NCBI GenBank assembly: GCA_043228905.1
Contig: JBHGNT010000004.1
Location: 19,468,001-19,532,000, forward strand
Length of the DNA: 64,000 nt
Source: Azolla caroliniana
Taxonomy: Eukaryota > Plantae > Polypodiophyta
Reading direction: 5' to 3'
Position 1 is the first letter of the stretch. The number at the start of each line of letters is the position of its first letter. A model generated the notes under the pieces. That model worked only from the letters and a program-made list of their open reading frames with translations, ran no database searches and was not told where the DNA came from. A program made the position numbers and the translations under genes. Shown piece after piece: positions 49,151 to 62,463 of the stretch.

Positions 49151-50050
49151 TGAACTTGGTTATAGTTTTAATCACCTTAGTTTGACATAGATTTGGAGTT
49201 ACGCTACTATTCCCAATATGGCTATTATTGACAATACGGTTGTGACGGAAGGTATTTGATGTCATGTTTTCATTCGTCTTAGTGTATGGTTTATTATAAC
49301 GAAGTTCTTATTGATGTACGGTTTATTATAAGGAAGCAGTTTAGGGTGTGCAATCCTCCGTGTTGCAGGGTTTGTGGGACCTCTGGGATTGGAACCCAGA
49401 ATCCCTTGATTTCAAGTCAAGTGCCTTATGTATCAGGCGAGAAGGGCTCCACTTAGTTAGGTTGCTATTCACCACTTTGGATTGAATTTGGTATTATGTT
49501 ATTTATCACCGTCGGTCTGGTTGTTACACAATGGATTTGAGATGAAGTTATTGTTCGTTTTAGTGTATGGGTTATTACAAGGAATGGTATCAGACTTTGG
49601 TCTCGTTGGTGTGGTTCATGGCCGGTGGGAATCAAACGCACAATCTGTTGATTAGAAATCAAGTGCCTTATAGCAGTAGATTTGGTTATATTCTTAATCA
49701 ACCTTACTTTGTAATAGATTTCGTGTTACGCTACTATTCACAGTATGGGATTTTTGCAATGGATTCCATGTCAAGTTATTGTTAGGATCTCGGTCCCTCC
49801 GGATGGGATATGCAGGCTCAGCATCGGAATACCCGGCAAGGAAGACCCGGTGAGAACCGGATGTTGCAGGCCCGGTGAGAACCTCTCACCGGATGAAGGG
49901 ACATATATGTAGATATGTTTTTGAGAGCTCATTGGGGCTATATCTGTAAATAGTCCTAATGTCATATTAGTATAAATGTGACCTAGGGCAAACAATGTAC
50001 AGACTGTTGCTGTTATTATCTTCATATAGGGTAATTTGGTGTAACGATTG

Positions 50051-50053
<3 letters not shown>

Positions 50054-50096
<43 letters not shown>
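50054..50096 (+). repeat. (AG)n microsatellite inside the LTR
   Basis: About 21 perfect AG units. Confidence 0.95.
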
Positions 50097-50099
<3 letters not shown>

Positions 50100-51647
50100 T
50101 GATACAGATCATGTCTCTGTTGTAACCGCCCCCATGCGAAGATCGTGAGTAGGAGATCGTTGCCTCTGTGTTCCCTGTTGTACTCATTGGCATAGTGATA
50201 GTTTGGAGTCTGTGGACTCCCGTGGTTTTTTCCCTCTCGGGGGTTTTCCACGTTAACATCCTGTGTATTCTCTTTTTTTTTGTTCGTGTACTTACCTCCA
50301 TTCCCACTTCTTCTGTGTTCAATTGTCATAAGGTGATCTACGTTTCGGTTGTGGCCGGAGATTATTCCGTACATTTCTCGACAAAGTGGTATCAGAGCGA
50401 AACGACACAGAAAAATGGACGATTCATTGGGAGGCATGTTCAAGCTCACCGGCTCCAACTACTCAGTGTGGAAGTCGAAGATGAGGGACATGCTCGTGGT
50501 TAAAGATCTTTAGTTGCCAGTTCAGTTCGGGGACAAGAGACCGGACAAAATCGATGCCACAATATGGGAGGTGATGCACCTGAAGACAACGGCGTACATA
50601 CGGTGCTTCATCGACATGAGTCTATACAACAACTTCAATGAAGAGAGCAAGGCTCATGAGCTCTAGGAGAAGATCGGTGTTATGTTTCAGAACAAAAATG
50701 TTGTTAATCAGGTTTCGGTATTTCAGAAGCTAGTAAGACTCCAGTACCAAGATGGCTCCAGCATGGTGGAGCACATGAATGCCTTTCAGGGGCTGATCCA
50801 CCAGGCAACATCATTGGAAGTACTTCTTGCCGATGAGGTACTGGCACTACTCCTACTCGGTTCCCTTCCAAATAGCTGGGAGACGTTGGTTGTCACTTTG
50901 GGAAACCCCGGGCCGGAAAGGAAACGTTTATCCCTAGCAAGAGTGAAGTTGAGCTTGCTAGATGAGGAGGCGCGTCGGAAAGACAAGGATACGAGCTCCG
51001 ACACCAAAACGCTCCTTAACGAATCGGAACACGGAAGGCATAGGAACCGTAGTCCCTAGAACCAGGAAAAGTCGGGGACACGGTCAAAGTCAAGGGGGAG
51101 GCCTACTTCGTTCTATTGCGGCAAGCTGGGACACTTCTAGAAGAACTGTCAGCACTTCCGAAAAGACAAGGAAGCCGGAACTAAACGGGCTAGCTGAGAG
51201 GATGAACCGGACCATAATGGAGAGGGTTCGGAGTATGCTAGCACATGCTAAACTACCCAAGACGTTCTGGGCTGAGGTGCTGTCGACAACGACATATGTG
51301 GTAAACAGATCACCCTCAATTCCCTTGGATGGAGACACGCCGCAAAAGGTGTGGACCGGTAAGGAAGTGTCCTACCGGCATTTGAAGCTGTTCGGGTATC
51401 TCGCATTTGGGCATGTAGCTAAGGATCGGAGAGGAAAGTTGGATCTCAAGACCCGGCCATGCATATTCCTTGGATACGGAGATGAAGATAATGAACTCCG
51501 ATGAGATTCGGACCCACCCGGCTAAGAGCCAGTTGACACTTGAGGAACCAACCGGTTATGGTGAGGATACCGAACCGGCAGAAGAAGAAGTAGAGGAAAC
51601 TGAAACCGGAACCGGCCAAGACCCCGAATCGGATTCGAATGAAGAAC

Positions 51648-52319
51648 TGTTGGGAGACAGGTCCCTCCGGATGGGAAGGGAGAAGAACAGTGTTGATGAA
51701 CAAACTCGGCTACGGAGAGCCGGATGATGCAGACCCGGTGAGAACCGGATGAGTAGTACCCGGCTTCGGAGAGTCGGATGGTGCAAACCCGGCGAGGACC
51801 GGATGAGAAGTACCCGGCTTTGGAGAGCCGGATGGTGCAGACCCGGTGAGGAATGCTCACCGGATGAAGAGACATATTCGTAAATATGTTTCTGAGAGTC
51901 CATCGAGGCTATATGTGTAAATAGCCAAAAAGTCATATCAATAAAAATATGACTTAGGGCAAACTTTTAGTAACAGTTGTTATTATTTCATGTCTGCGTG
52001 AGATCAGAGCGCGTAATAGTGTACAGAGAGAGAGAGAGACAGAAAGAGGTCGTTGCGTCTGTTGTAACAGCCGCCTGTGGCGAAGATCGTGAGCACGAGG
52101 TCGTTGTGTTCGTGAACTCATTGTTGTACATACTAACCTAGTGATAGTTTGCATCCTGTGGGCTGCCGTGGTTTTTTCCCTTCGTTTGGGTTTTTCCACG
52201 TAAACATCCTGTGTACCCTCCTCTTCTTTGTGTCATAGTTTATTTCCTATTTTCTGTGTATGATTCTAAGCTCGGTTGTGGCCGAGCTTTGCGCATAAGG
52301 AGCGTTGCGGTTCCTGACA
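51648..52319 (+). mobile_element. Solo LTR of the copia E family
   Basis: TGTTGGGAGACAGG...TTCCTGACA with TSD AGAAC (51643-51647 and 52320-52324); no PBS or PPT. Confidence 0.95.
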
Positions 52320-53418
52320 AGAACAAATAGAGGAGTTGGTTGCCGAAAGCCAAAGATGGAGATATCCTCTCAGAGAGAGAAGGCCCCCCCGGAGATTCCC
52401 GGATGCAGGGCATGTGCTGCTGACCGATGAGGGGGAGCCGCAAATCTTCGAAGAAGCGAAGGATGACACCCATAGCCGCAAGTGGTTGAGTGCCAAGCAG
52501 GACAAGATGGATTCCCTGCATGAGAACCACATGTATGAATTGGTGGAGTTGCTGAAAGGAAAGAGGGCACTTCGAAGGAAGTGGGTGTACAAGTTGAAAC
52601 CAGGAGATGCCGGCAACCCTCCAAGGTACAAAGCCAGGATCGTGGTGAAGGGGTTCCAACAGAAGAAGGGCGTGGACTTCGACGAGATATTTGCCCCGAT
52701 AGTAAAGATGACTTCTATCCGGACGGTGCTAAGCATAGCGGCAAGCATGGACCTCGAGGTAGAGTAGTTAGATTTGAAAACGGCATTTCTCCACGGCGAC
52801 CTCAAATAGGAGATCTACATGCAGCAACTGGAGGGATTTGTGAAGAAAGGGAAGGAGCACCTGGTTTGCTGGTTAAAAAAGAGCCTCTACAGCTTGAAGC
52901 AAGCTCCCCGACAATGGTACCGGAATTTCGACTCCTTCATGACTGATCAAGGGTACCACAAGAAGCAGGCCAATCACTGCGTATTTGTGAAGAAGTTCGA
53001 AGGTGGAGACTTTCTCGATACTCCTCTTGTACGTGCACAACATGTTGATCGTCGGACGAGAACAAGTCAAGATGCGTATGCTGAAGAAGGCCCTGAACCA
53101 GACCTTCTAAATGAAAGACTTGGGTCCGGCAAGACAGATGTTGGGGATGAATATCATCCGGGACCGGCCAACGACGCAATTGTGGCTATCACAGGAGAAG
53201 TACGTGACAAAGGTGCTTCAACGGTTCAACATGTCAAATGCGATACCGGTCGGATCGACACTTCTGGCAAATTGCAGGTTATCCGGTAAGCAAAGCCTGA
53301 AGACAAAGGCAGAGAAGGCGGATATGATGAAGATACCATATGCCTCTGCCGTAGGGAGCCTAATGTACGCAATGGTGTGTACCCGACCGGATATCGGATA
53401 TACAGTCGGAGTGGTGAG

Positions 53419-56400
53419 TGTCATGATATGACAAGACTCGAACCCATGACCTTATGGTATATGGGTCAAGCTCTTAACCATCACACCATCTATTGTAATT
53501 CATAGGATATTATTTTCATTTATGTTTTATTATAAGAAAGTAATGTATATTCCAAATTTCTCTAGAACATTCTAGAAGTTTCAAGATTACTGCTGACAAC
53601 ACTATAAAAGAAGGCACTAGGCATTATGTTGAACCAAATTGGTTCAACACTAGTCTTAAGCCTCTCAGCCGCTTTGTACTTATCTTTTCACATAATATAT
53701 TAGCTGTTGTCATCATCTTTCTCTCTCTCTCTCCTCTTCTCACTTCCTCTCTCGGGAATCTTACGTAGTCCCGTCCTCTTAGTACTAATAGTACTGCTCT
53801 TCTTAGTACTAATTCCATCTCTGCTTTAGTACTATTCCTGACAGTTTGAACCAATTTTTCCTTTCCTCCAGCCCACTTGTTGTTCTCCCTCCTCCTCCTA
53901 CCCTTTCCCCTATACTATGACTACTGTTAGTGCCCAAGAATATCAATCCGTTTTCTCCGAGTTACAGTGCCTAAAAGAAAAGTTTGTTGCCCTGGAACAA
54001 GAACACCAACGGTTGATAGGGGATCTCCAACAAATCGCTCTCGGAAAACAACAAATGCAATAACAACATGGGGAGTTAGCATTACGGGTACAACAACTCG
54101 AAGCAGCGTTGCAACAACAAGGATCAAGTCCCCAAGGATTTCATAAAGAGCCAAAGATTGGACTTCCTGTCAAATTTGATGGAACGCGATCACAATTCCG
54201 GGGATTCCTGAATCAGGTATGCTTAGTCATCCAGATGCATCCTTCCCGATATCCCACTGATGCATCTCAAGTCGGCCTAATAGGCATGTTACTTAGCGGC
54301 TCAGCCTTGGCATGGTTCGCTCCGCTTCTAGAAAAACAATCACCCTTGCTTAATAACTTTGAAGATTTTATTGGAGAGTTTAAAGCCTGCTTTGGAGATA
54401 CCGACAGCATCAGGACGGCGATCAACAAGATCCGAAGATTGCGTCAAGGCGATCGTCCAGCCTCTGCCTACGCGGCGGATTTCCGTCTACTCGCTACGGC
54501 TTGCGCAATGATGTCAAAGATCTGCTTTTAACCTTCCCCAAAGAACCAAAGTCTCTTACGGAGGCAATCAGTCGAGCGGTCCGATGCGACAACCGCCTTT
54601 TCGAATGACGTTCAGAGCGTCAGTTACAAATGCCACGCTCTCGGCCAGAACCCACATACACCTCAGTCACGGCTAACCCGTTTGCATGCGATGTACCTCA
54701 AGCCAACCCGCTTGCATCCTTTCTCAACAAGGAGATAAAGAAGAGTTGCATCCGGTGGCTTTCCATTCGCGCAAATTCGATGTTCCGGAAATCAACTACG
54801 AAATACATGACAAGGAGTTATTAGCCATCATGGATTCATTTGTGCAATGGCGGCATTTCTTAGAGGGCCCTCCACATCAGGTTGTTTTCTTTAGTGATCA
54901 TAAAAATCTTGCTTGTTTCCAGAACGCTCGCGTACTAAATTGACGGCAAGCTCGGTGGGTGCAATTCCTCACACGTTTCGACTTCACAATCACATATCGA
55001 CCGGGGAAGCAGCAAGGAAAAGCAGATGCACTATCACGACGTTCATATCTTGCACCTCGTCCTGGTGATCGAACATTTGATAATCAAAAGCAAGTAATCT
55101 TGGGACCAACACCATTGCACACAACGTGGATTTTTCACACCCCAATGGATTCACGGATTACCGATGACATACGTGCAAACTTGAAGACGGATAGTTTTGC
55201 TTAGGACATCCTGGCGCACATTGATACTTCTCGGGCATCTTGTTCTCAGTCTCAAAAACCAGGTATTGACTACCGACAATTCGAATATCATGATGGTTTG
55301 TTATTCTTTAAAAAGCGCGTATATGTCCCCGATTGCTCCTGTCGCCTTCAAATCGTCCAGCATTGTCACGACCCCGATACGGTGGGACATTTCGGTAGTA
55401 CTAAGACGTTGGAGCTAGTGCAACGATCTTTTTGGTGGCCCCACATGCGCCGTTTTGTCGACGACTACGTTCAGACCTGTGATGCTTGCTTCCGAGCAAA
55501 GATGCCACGACACCATCCATATGGCTTGTTGGAACCCTTACCGATTCCAAGTAAGCCGTGGCAGTCTATTTGTCTTGATTTTATCACAGATCTGCCGGTC
55601 TCGCAGGGGGGTTCGATGCTATCTTAACCGTCGTCGATCGATATACGAAGTTGGCACATTTTGTTCCCTGTACTAAGGCCATCACTAGCGAGGAAACCGC
55701 CACCCTAGTCATGCGTGAGGTATTTCGGCATCATGGCCTCCCAGACAGTATCATTAGTGACCCAGGACCGCAATTTGTCTCCAAGTTTTGGCAGCATCTC
55801 TTCAAGATGCTCAAGGTCTCTTGCAACCTCTCCTCCGGCTACCATCCTCAGACCGATGGGGAGGCTGAACGAACAAACCAAACGCGGGAGCAATATCTCC
55901 GGTGTTTCTTGAGTTATCAACAGGACGATTGGGCCAAGATTCTCCACTTTGCGGAGTTTGCGTATAATAATGTTGTTCACTCCTCGACTCGAGTCTCCCC
56001 ATTCTACGCTTATACCGGTTCTCATCCTCGCTGGTCGGTGATCGACACCCCGGAGCTACCTACCAATCCTCGTGCCGGGGATCATTTGGAGAGACTACGC
56101 AAGATTCAGACAGATCTCTCGACTCATCTTCGTCATGCTCAACAGACACAAAAGACTTACGCGGATCGTCATCGGCTTCCCTCGTCTTTTGCTATCGGAG
56201 ATCGAGTATGGGTCTTACGTCGTCACATCAAGACTACTCGATTGTGCGACAAGTTGGATTATCGACGACTCGGTCCTTTCCGTATTTCGGGTAAAGTTAA
56301 TGATGTCACATTCCGCCTTGATCTCCCTCCGCAGCTTCAGATACATTTGGTTTTCCATTGTTCTCTTCTTGAACCTTATAAAGCAAACACCATTCCTGAT

Positions 56401-57128
56401 CGTGTTACACCACCGTTGCCCCCGCTGGAGTTGGACGTCGACCCGGAGTATGAAGTTGCTGCCATCCTCGATTCCAAACTTATTCGCAACAAACTTTATT
56501 ATTTGGTCGATTGGGTTGGTTATAGTCCGAGTGAACGCACTTGGGAACCCGTCGAGCATGTTGCCAATGCTCAGGATTTGCTTGCTGATTTCCACCGAAA
56601 GTATCTGGACAAACCCGGTCCGCAATCAGCGCCGACTCGTTCCACTCGTCGTCTTTAAGGAGGAGATAGTCGAGTCCACTCGTCGTCTTTACGGGGGAGA
56701 TAGTGTCATGATATGGCAAGACTCGAACACATGACCTTATGGTATATGGGTCGAGCTCTTAACCATCACACCATCTATTGTAATTCGTAGGATATTATTT
56801 TCATTTATGTTTTATTATAAGAAAGTAATGTACATTCCAGATTTCTCTGGAACATTCTAGAAGTTTCAAGATTACTCCTGACAACACTATAAAAGAAGAC
56901 ACTAGGCATTATGTTGAACCAAATTGGTTCAACGCTAGTCTTAAGCCTCTCAGCCGCTTTGTACTTATCTTTTCACATAATATATTAGCTGTTGTCATCA
57001 TCTTTCTCTCTCTCTCTCCTCTTCTCACTTCCTCTCTCGGGAATCTTACGTAGTCCCGTCCTCTTAGTACTAATAGTACTGCTCTTCTTAGTACTAATTC
57101 CATCTCTACTTTAGTACTATTCCTGACA
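53419..57128 (+). mobile_element. Chromovirus I (close to D) with protease and RT deleted
   Basis: 425-bp LTRs at 53419-53843 and 56704-57128, TSD GTGAG (53414-53418 and 57129-57133), integrase-chromodomain ORF 55651-56658. Confidence 0.96.
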
Positions 57129-58309
57129 GTGAGCCGGTTTATGAGCAATCTCGGCAAGGATCACTGGAATGCGGTAAAATGGATACTGCGATACTTGAAA
57201 GGCACCTCAAGTATGTGCCTTAGACACGGCTCCGGTAAACCCCAACTTGACGGTTTCACCGATTCGGATATGTCGGCTGATGCAGATACCAGCCGGTCAA
57301 CATCCGGATATGTCATGACATATGCGGGGGGAGTTGTTTCGTGGCAATCAAGGCTACAAAAGACGGTTACACTGTCAACCACGGCAGCGGAGTACACGGC
57401 GGCTGTGGAAGCCGGCAAAAAAATACTATGGATGAAGGACTTCATCGAAGAGCTAGGGATCCGGCAAGAGGAATATCGGCTCTATTGCGGTTGTCAAAGT
57501 GCCATTCACCGTGCGAAGAACGTAGTGTATCATTCCAGGACGAAGCACATACAACGGAGGTACCACTGGATTCGGGAGTGAGTAGAAGACCAAGAGTTCG
57601 TGTTGACAAAGATCCATACGGAGGAGAACGGGTCGGATATGTTGACCAAGGTGCTGACACCAGACAAGCTAGACGCATGCCGGACGTGGATCGGATTGAC
57701 GACGCATCCCATACTGGAGGGAATGGGGAGTTTGTTAGTATCTCGGTCCCTCCGGATGGGATACGCAGGCCCGATATCGGAATACCCGGCAAGGAAGACC
57801 CGGTGAGAACCGGATGTTGTAGGCCTAGTGAGAACCTCTCACCGAATGAAGGGACATATATGTAGATATGTTTCTGAGAGCTCATTGGGGCTATATCTGT
57901 AAATAGTCCGAATGTCACATTAGTATAAATGTGACCTAGGGCAAACAGTGTACAGACTGTTGTTGTTATTATCTTCATATAGTGTAATTTGGCGAGGAGC
58001 GAACGACTATATGCAAGGAAAAGGGAGGAGTGAACAGGCCCTTTGAAAAGCAACGTAGTCGGCTATTAATAGCGCATTAAAATGCCACCACATGGCACTT
58101 CATTGCTATTATAGTACACGATGTGCGCATGTGCAGGAATCGAGAAAGGAGCCAACATGTAGAAAGAAAATCTCCACTGCATGGAGGCCTTCTCATTTCG
58201 CGAACAGAGAATGGCAAACGCATACAGGTGATTAAAGATAATCATACGCGAGTACCCAGAGCCCTTTAACACACCTACCTCACCAGCGACCACCGACTCA
58301 GAAGGAGAA

Positions 58310-61065
58310 ATGGACTACATGGCGCTCTCTGAGGCAACCAAGAAGTGGTTGAAGCAACACGGATTGGAAGGATTCTTCAGGATCATGGAGGCACCACCAC
58401 ATAGAGAGGCGGAAAGGGTTGTCAAAGAAATTGACACAGAAATCATCACAGAGGAGGCCATCCATGCCCTAACGGGCCTACCTGAAGACGACATCTTCAC
58501 CATCGACAACCCTACCTCGGAACAGCTCACGAAATACTTCGGTGAGTACTTGCTGGCCAGCAAGGCATATTACACACAGGGCGGCAAGGATGACTTATTC
58601 CGGGAGATTGCTCGTGTACTCCACAAGTTTGGCCATGTGTACCCTTTACCCCCGGCAATGCCTAGGAACAGAGTCGGTTTAATTATAGCCACATATGAGG
58701 GTATACAGGTGGATTGGTTGGTGCTGATCGCCGACAGACTGCGCACGGCCATCAACTCGGTAAGAGGGAAGGATGGCAGGAAAATATGGCCGGTGATGGT
58801 GCAATGGCTCACATTGTTAGCACCACTAGTGGAGCCCATCACTGCGAAGAAGCGGGGAAGATCAACCGAAGGAACCTCCAAAACGGCTTCAAAACGGCAG
58901 TAGCTATTGGCTGCTAGGGCAACCAAAGGGAAGGAGGCCGACACTGAAAAAACGACGAAAGAACGGCCTAACCAGGCGGAGACGCAGGAGGCAACACCGA
59001 CACGGCCAATAAAGATTACATTGCGCCAACCAGGTCAACAAGAGCCAGACCCCTTGGCAATGAAAATCAATCTTGGGACTCAAGAGGAGGAAACGGCAGA
59101 GGAGCCCAGCGAGCACCTCCAACGACGCCAGAAGAAGAGCACTGCAGACCATGTCGGGGAGCAATCGGGTCCAGAGAAGGATAGGACGTCGATACCCCGC
59201 ACTGAGGGCCCAGAGCCAAGGGTTGAAGCGGAACCGGTTCCTACAGAACCGGTCACAGAATTCCCTACGCAACAGGCTACGCCGGCGGGTCAGGACATAA
59301 CAAGACCCACGATTCAAGGGCACGGTGATTCAGTTGTCTACACCATCGGCACACCAGGACAAACCAGAGCTGGAACGGCCAACTGAGGCACAACCAGAGC
59401 CAGAACTGACAAGTGGTAACTAACCGGAGCCAGAGTTGCCAACCAGACAAGATCAACCACTGGCGAGCACAAAAATCGGCCAACCCTCCGTGCGGAAACA
59501 ACAACAAGGCACCAGCAGCCAATGGCTGCGGTGGATCGGTGAGCAAGTAGCCAGAGTGGTCCATTATATGGAGGCAGAAGAGAGAGCACAATTGGAGCGG
59601 TTGCTAGCCACAACCGAAGAACCAGAGAAGGCCCGGTCAAGGATCCAGAGCTTGGAACAAGAATTGGAAATAGCCAAGGAAGAATTGGCTAAGATGGTCA
59701 TAACAGGACCCCAGGAACAAGAACCGGTGGCTCCAGTACATGTACAGAATAATGAAACACCGACAACTGTACAAAATCATATGAGCCCGATGACGGAAAC
59801 AATCCCGAATACAATCATTACAGCGCAAGGACAAGAGCTTGTCGTTCTCAAAGAAGACTTGACTGCACAGGAAGCATTACGGGCGAGGGAAAGAGAATTA
59901 AAAAGTCATGGAGGAGGAACAACGGAAGACTACCGACAACCTCCACCGAGCAGAAGAAAGCCTACAGAAGGGACATCAAGCCTATGATCGGCTGAAGGAA
60001 GAGAAAATAAAATTGTTGCAAGAGAAGGATAAACTCTGGAGGATGGCGGAAATAGAGATAGAGAGGCTCAAAGAAGAGCTTCGGCAGCAAAAGCATAGGG
60101 AAGACCAAGCTCGCCGCCAAATCAATCAGAAGTTGAAGCAGAAAACAGAAGATTTTGAACGCCTGCATCGAGATTATAAATATGTTGAGACAGAATATAG
60201 GAAGCTCATCACCGACAGCGACCGGTAGCAAGAGAAGATGTTCGAGCTCCGGAACGAAGTGCTACGGGCGGAGACGGCACTAGCGGAAGAACTGGCTGAG
60301 AAGGAAACCATACGAACTGAAGCGCCACAAGAATGCCTGGAACTCCAGATGCAACATCATACGGAAACGGACCGCGCCACCATGGTCTTACAAAGAGTGC
60401 AGACAACTTATCAGAATCAACCGGTGTGCTACAAGGACCAGGAGGTGGTAACTGCGAACCTGATCAAACAGTTAAAAGATGAACGGCAGGCCGCTGAAGA
60501 TAAATCAAAGATGGGGCTGGAGTGGATCCGGTGCATTGTACAACCATGGAAGAATCGAACGAAGCGATTGATTGAAGTCAACTCAGTATTATGGTGGTCG
60601 AAATGGGCGAAGCATGTTGTCGAGCTACAGTTGTTGAGGGCGGACGCAGAAAACCAGCAAAGGGAAGTAGATGAGTTCTATAAGCTGGAAAAGGAAGACT
60701 TTGCTGCCGTGAAAGATGAATTGGCAGATGACTTCATAGCATTGACTGATGAACAAATCGCAGTGGTCTGACAACTAGTGGCACAACTAGACGATGATCG
60801 GTTGAATAACCAAATCCGGTTTGAAAGTTACGAAAAGGAGAGGCTACAACAAGAGGCAACGAAAAGCGCGGCAACAATCAATCTCAATGATGAGGAGCCA
60901 TCGTCGGAGCAAAGGACGGACAGAGACAAGGTTGGGACAAGCCAATTGGATTTAACTCAGGAGGACCAGCCAAGGGAGGAATATCCGCAAAAACCGCCAG
61001 CACCGAGAGCCGGACAACAGCTATCGGAGGAGCAACGCCTAGAAGAGCCAGAGACCGCACAATAG
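58310..61065 (+). pseudogene. Disrupted long ORF (roughly 900 codons): PMD-like N-terminus, P/E/T-rich linker and long coiled coil
   Basis: Consecutive ORFs 58310-58903, 58907-59386, 59436-59987, 59908-60228, 60238-60771 and 60778-61065 separated by single stops or frameshifts; ITEEAIHALTGLP and VDWLVLIADRL motifs. Confidence 0.6.
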
Positions 61066-61264
61066 CAAGAGCAACAACAACAGCTAACAGAGCAGAAGCC
61101 GGAACAACGGCCACAGCCAACGGAGAAACAATAGTAGTAGTCTGATAAGCTTTCCGAAGAACCCTTAGAGCCCCTCGATTAGAGCATTCTGGACATTTTG
61201 GACAAGGATTGAAGGCCAGATAGTGGGATTCGACATACAAGGTATGTCCCACGGGCGTGCCATG

Positions 61265-61725
61265 TGTTAGCCAGCCGGCAAGGAGTGGAGGATAGTCCAG
61301 AATGTGAAAGGGCAAGAATTATCGGAAACTGTTATTAGAAAAATTAGAAATTAAGTATATTTTGAGATGTGAACGGACGGACCGGAATCGGTATGCCGAT
61401 CTGGATACGGACCAGTTCGTATAAGTGTGCCGGTTGGCACCGTTTTGTATGTAGAGCTGGTGATCTATAAAAAGGCCCGGTTACATTGTAAATCAGGACG
61501 GATAATTAATAAAGCCCTATTTTCTTATCTCTGTGTATTGATTACCGCTTTGTGCTAATTACTTTCTATCTTACTCGTGTATTAAGATTCAATATATATT
61601 GCTTAAGTAGCCGATAAAGGTCTGATTAATCATCGCTCTAACTCTATCTCACCGTAGCACCCTTTGGTGAAGTGACTTCTGTAGACACCCTGTGTTAGGC
61701 TATTGTCCGGCCCTTAGGAGTAACA
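61265..61725 (+). repeat. Candidate LTR of element J (5' boundary uncertain)
   Basis: TGTTA...TAACA termini, TATAAAAA near 61466, AATAAA near 61508; the satellite resumes at 61726. Confidence 0.5.
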
Positions 61726-62387
61726 TGGAACTCTAATCACTAAGACTTGACTTCCTATGTGGTGTGATTAAATTCATGTACACAATCTATATGACATATG
61801 AGGTAACACTACATAAAGCCATGGACAAATTCATGTGCACATTCTTCATGATATAGGAGCCAAGATTCCATTTGTTCCAATATTGTGCAATGTGGAAAAT
61901 AAAAACCAATGGTATGCCAACTTCATACCCTGCCGAATTCAAAATGTAACAACTTTCACACGTAAATGTACGCTAAATTTCGGAGTTATTAATGGGATGA
62001 ACACAGAAGCCTCGACTGCGACGACCTCGAAATTAATTATTATGGTTATTTACATTTGTGAACAATAATCCATGTACACAATCGATACGTAATAGGCGTC
62101 AAGGCACTCCATTAACATTGTATAATGTCAAGCTCATTGTTTGTCGAGCTTAGGTCTCAATGACCATAATGTGGACTTCTAAGCACTAAAGTACAACCAG
62201 AAAATGGTCTTGAATTGAAAACAATCTTGGTTGGGACAAACATATGATAGGAACTTTTGTTGGGGACAAGTGGTCGTAGTTTTTTGCTCAAATTTAATTG
62301 TTAGGCTACTCGGTATTTGCAACCAACTTCCTATCTCATATCCATTGGGATTCGAAGCAACATTACAAGTTGATATAGACTCAATTT

Positions 62388-62463
62388 TGGTATGGTTGCT
62401 GGGATTCCAGCCTAGGTCTCCACGGCCACAACGTGGAATTCTAACCACTAATCTACAACCACC
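62388..62463 (-). pseudogene. tRNA-His(GUG)-like copy with mutated D-stem and T-loop
   Basis: 76-nt match to 4023-4098 with about 4 substitutions; G-1 and CCA present. Confidence 0.75.

Larger units (their letters stand above)
40515..49779 (-). repeat. tRNA-Arg(UCU)-derived higher-order tandem satellite (units about 1.0-1.27 kb), interrupted by element G
   Basis: Landmark aaacctcttcgttataag near 41001, 45577, 46611, 47877 and 48890; several tRNA-Arg-like subrepeats per unit. Confidence 0.9.
49780..57992 (+). mobile_element. Copia H (copia E family), internally deleted with a truncated 3' LTR; hosts a solo LTR and chromovirus I
   Basis: 5' LTR at 49780-50383, PBS at 50387-50398, gag ATG at 50415, deletions near 51172 and 51485, RT/RH at 52325-53418 and 57129-57722, 3' LTR from 57733 to about 57992. 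Confidence 0.92.
57993..61725 (+). mobile_element. Probable truncated LTR element J carrying an accessory ORF
   Basis: Composition shift after the truncated H LTR, a long disrupted ORF, and a terminal LTR-like block ending TAACA at the satellite junction. Confidence 0.55.
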
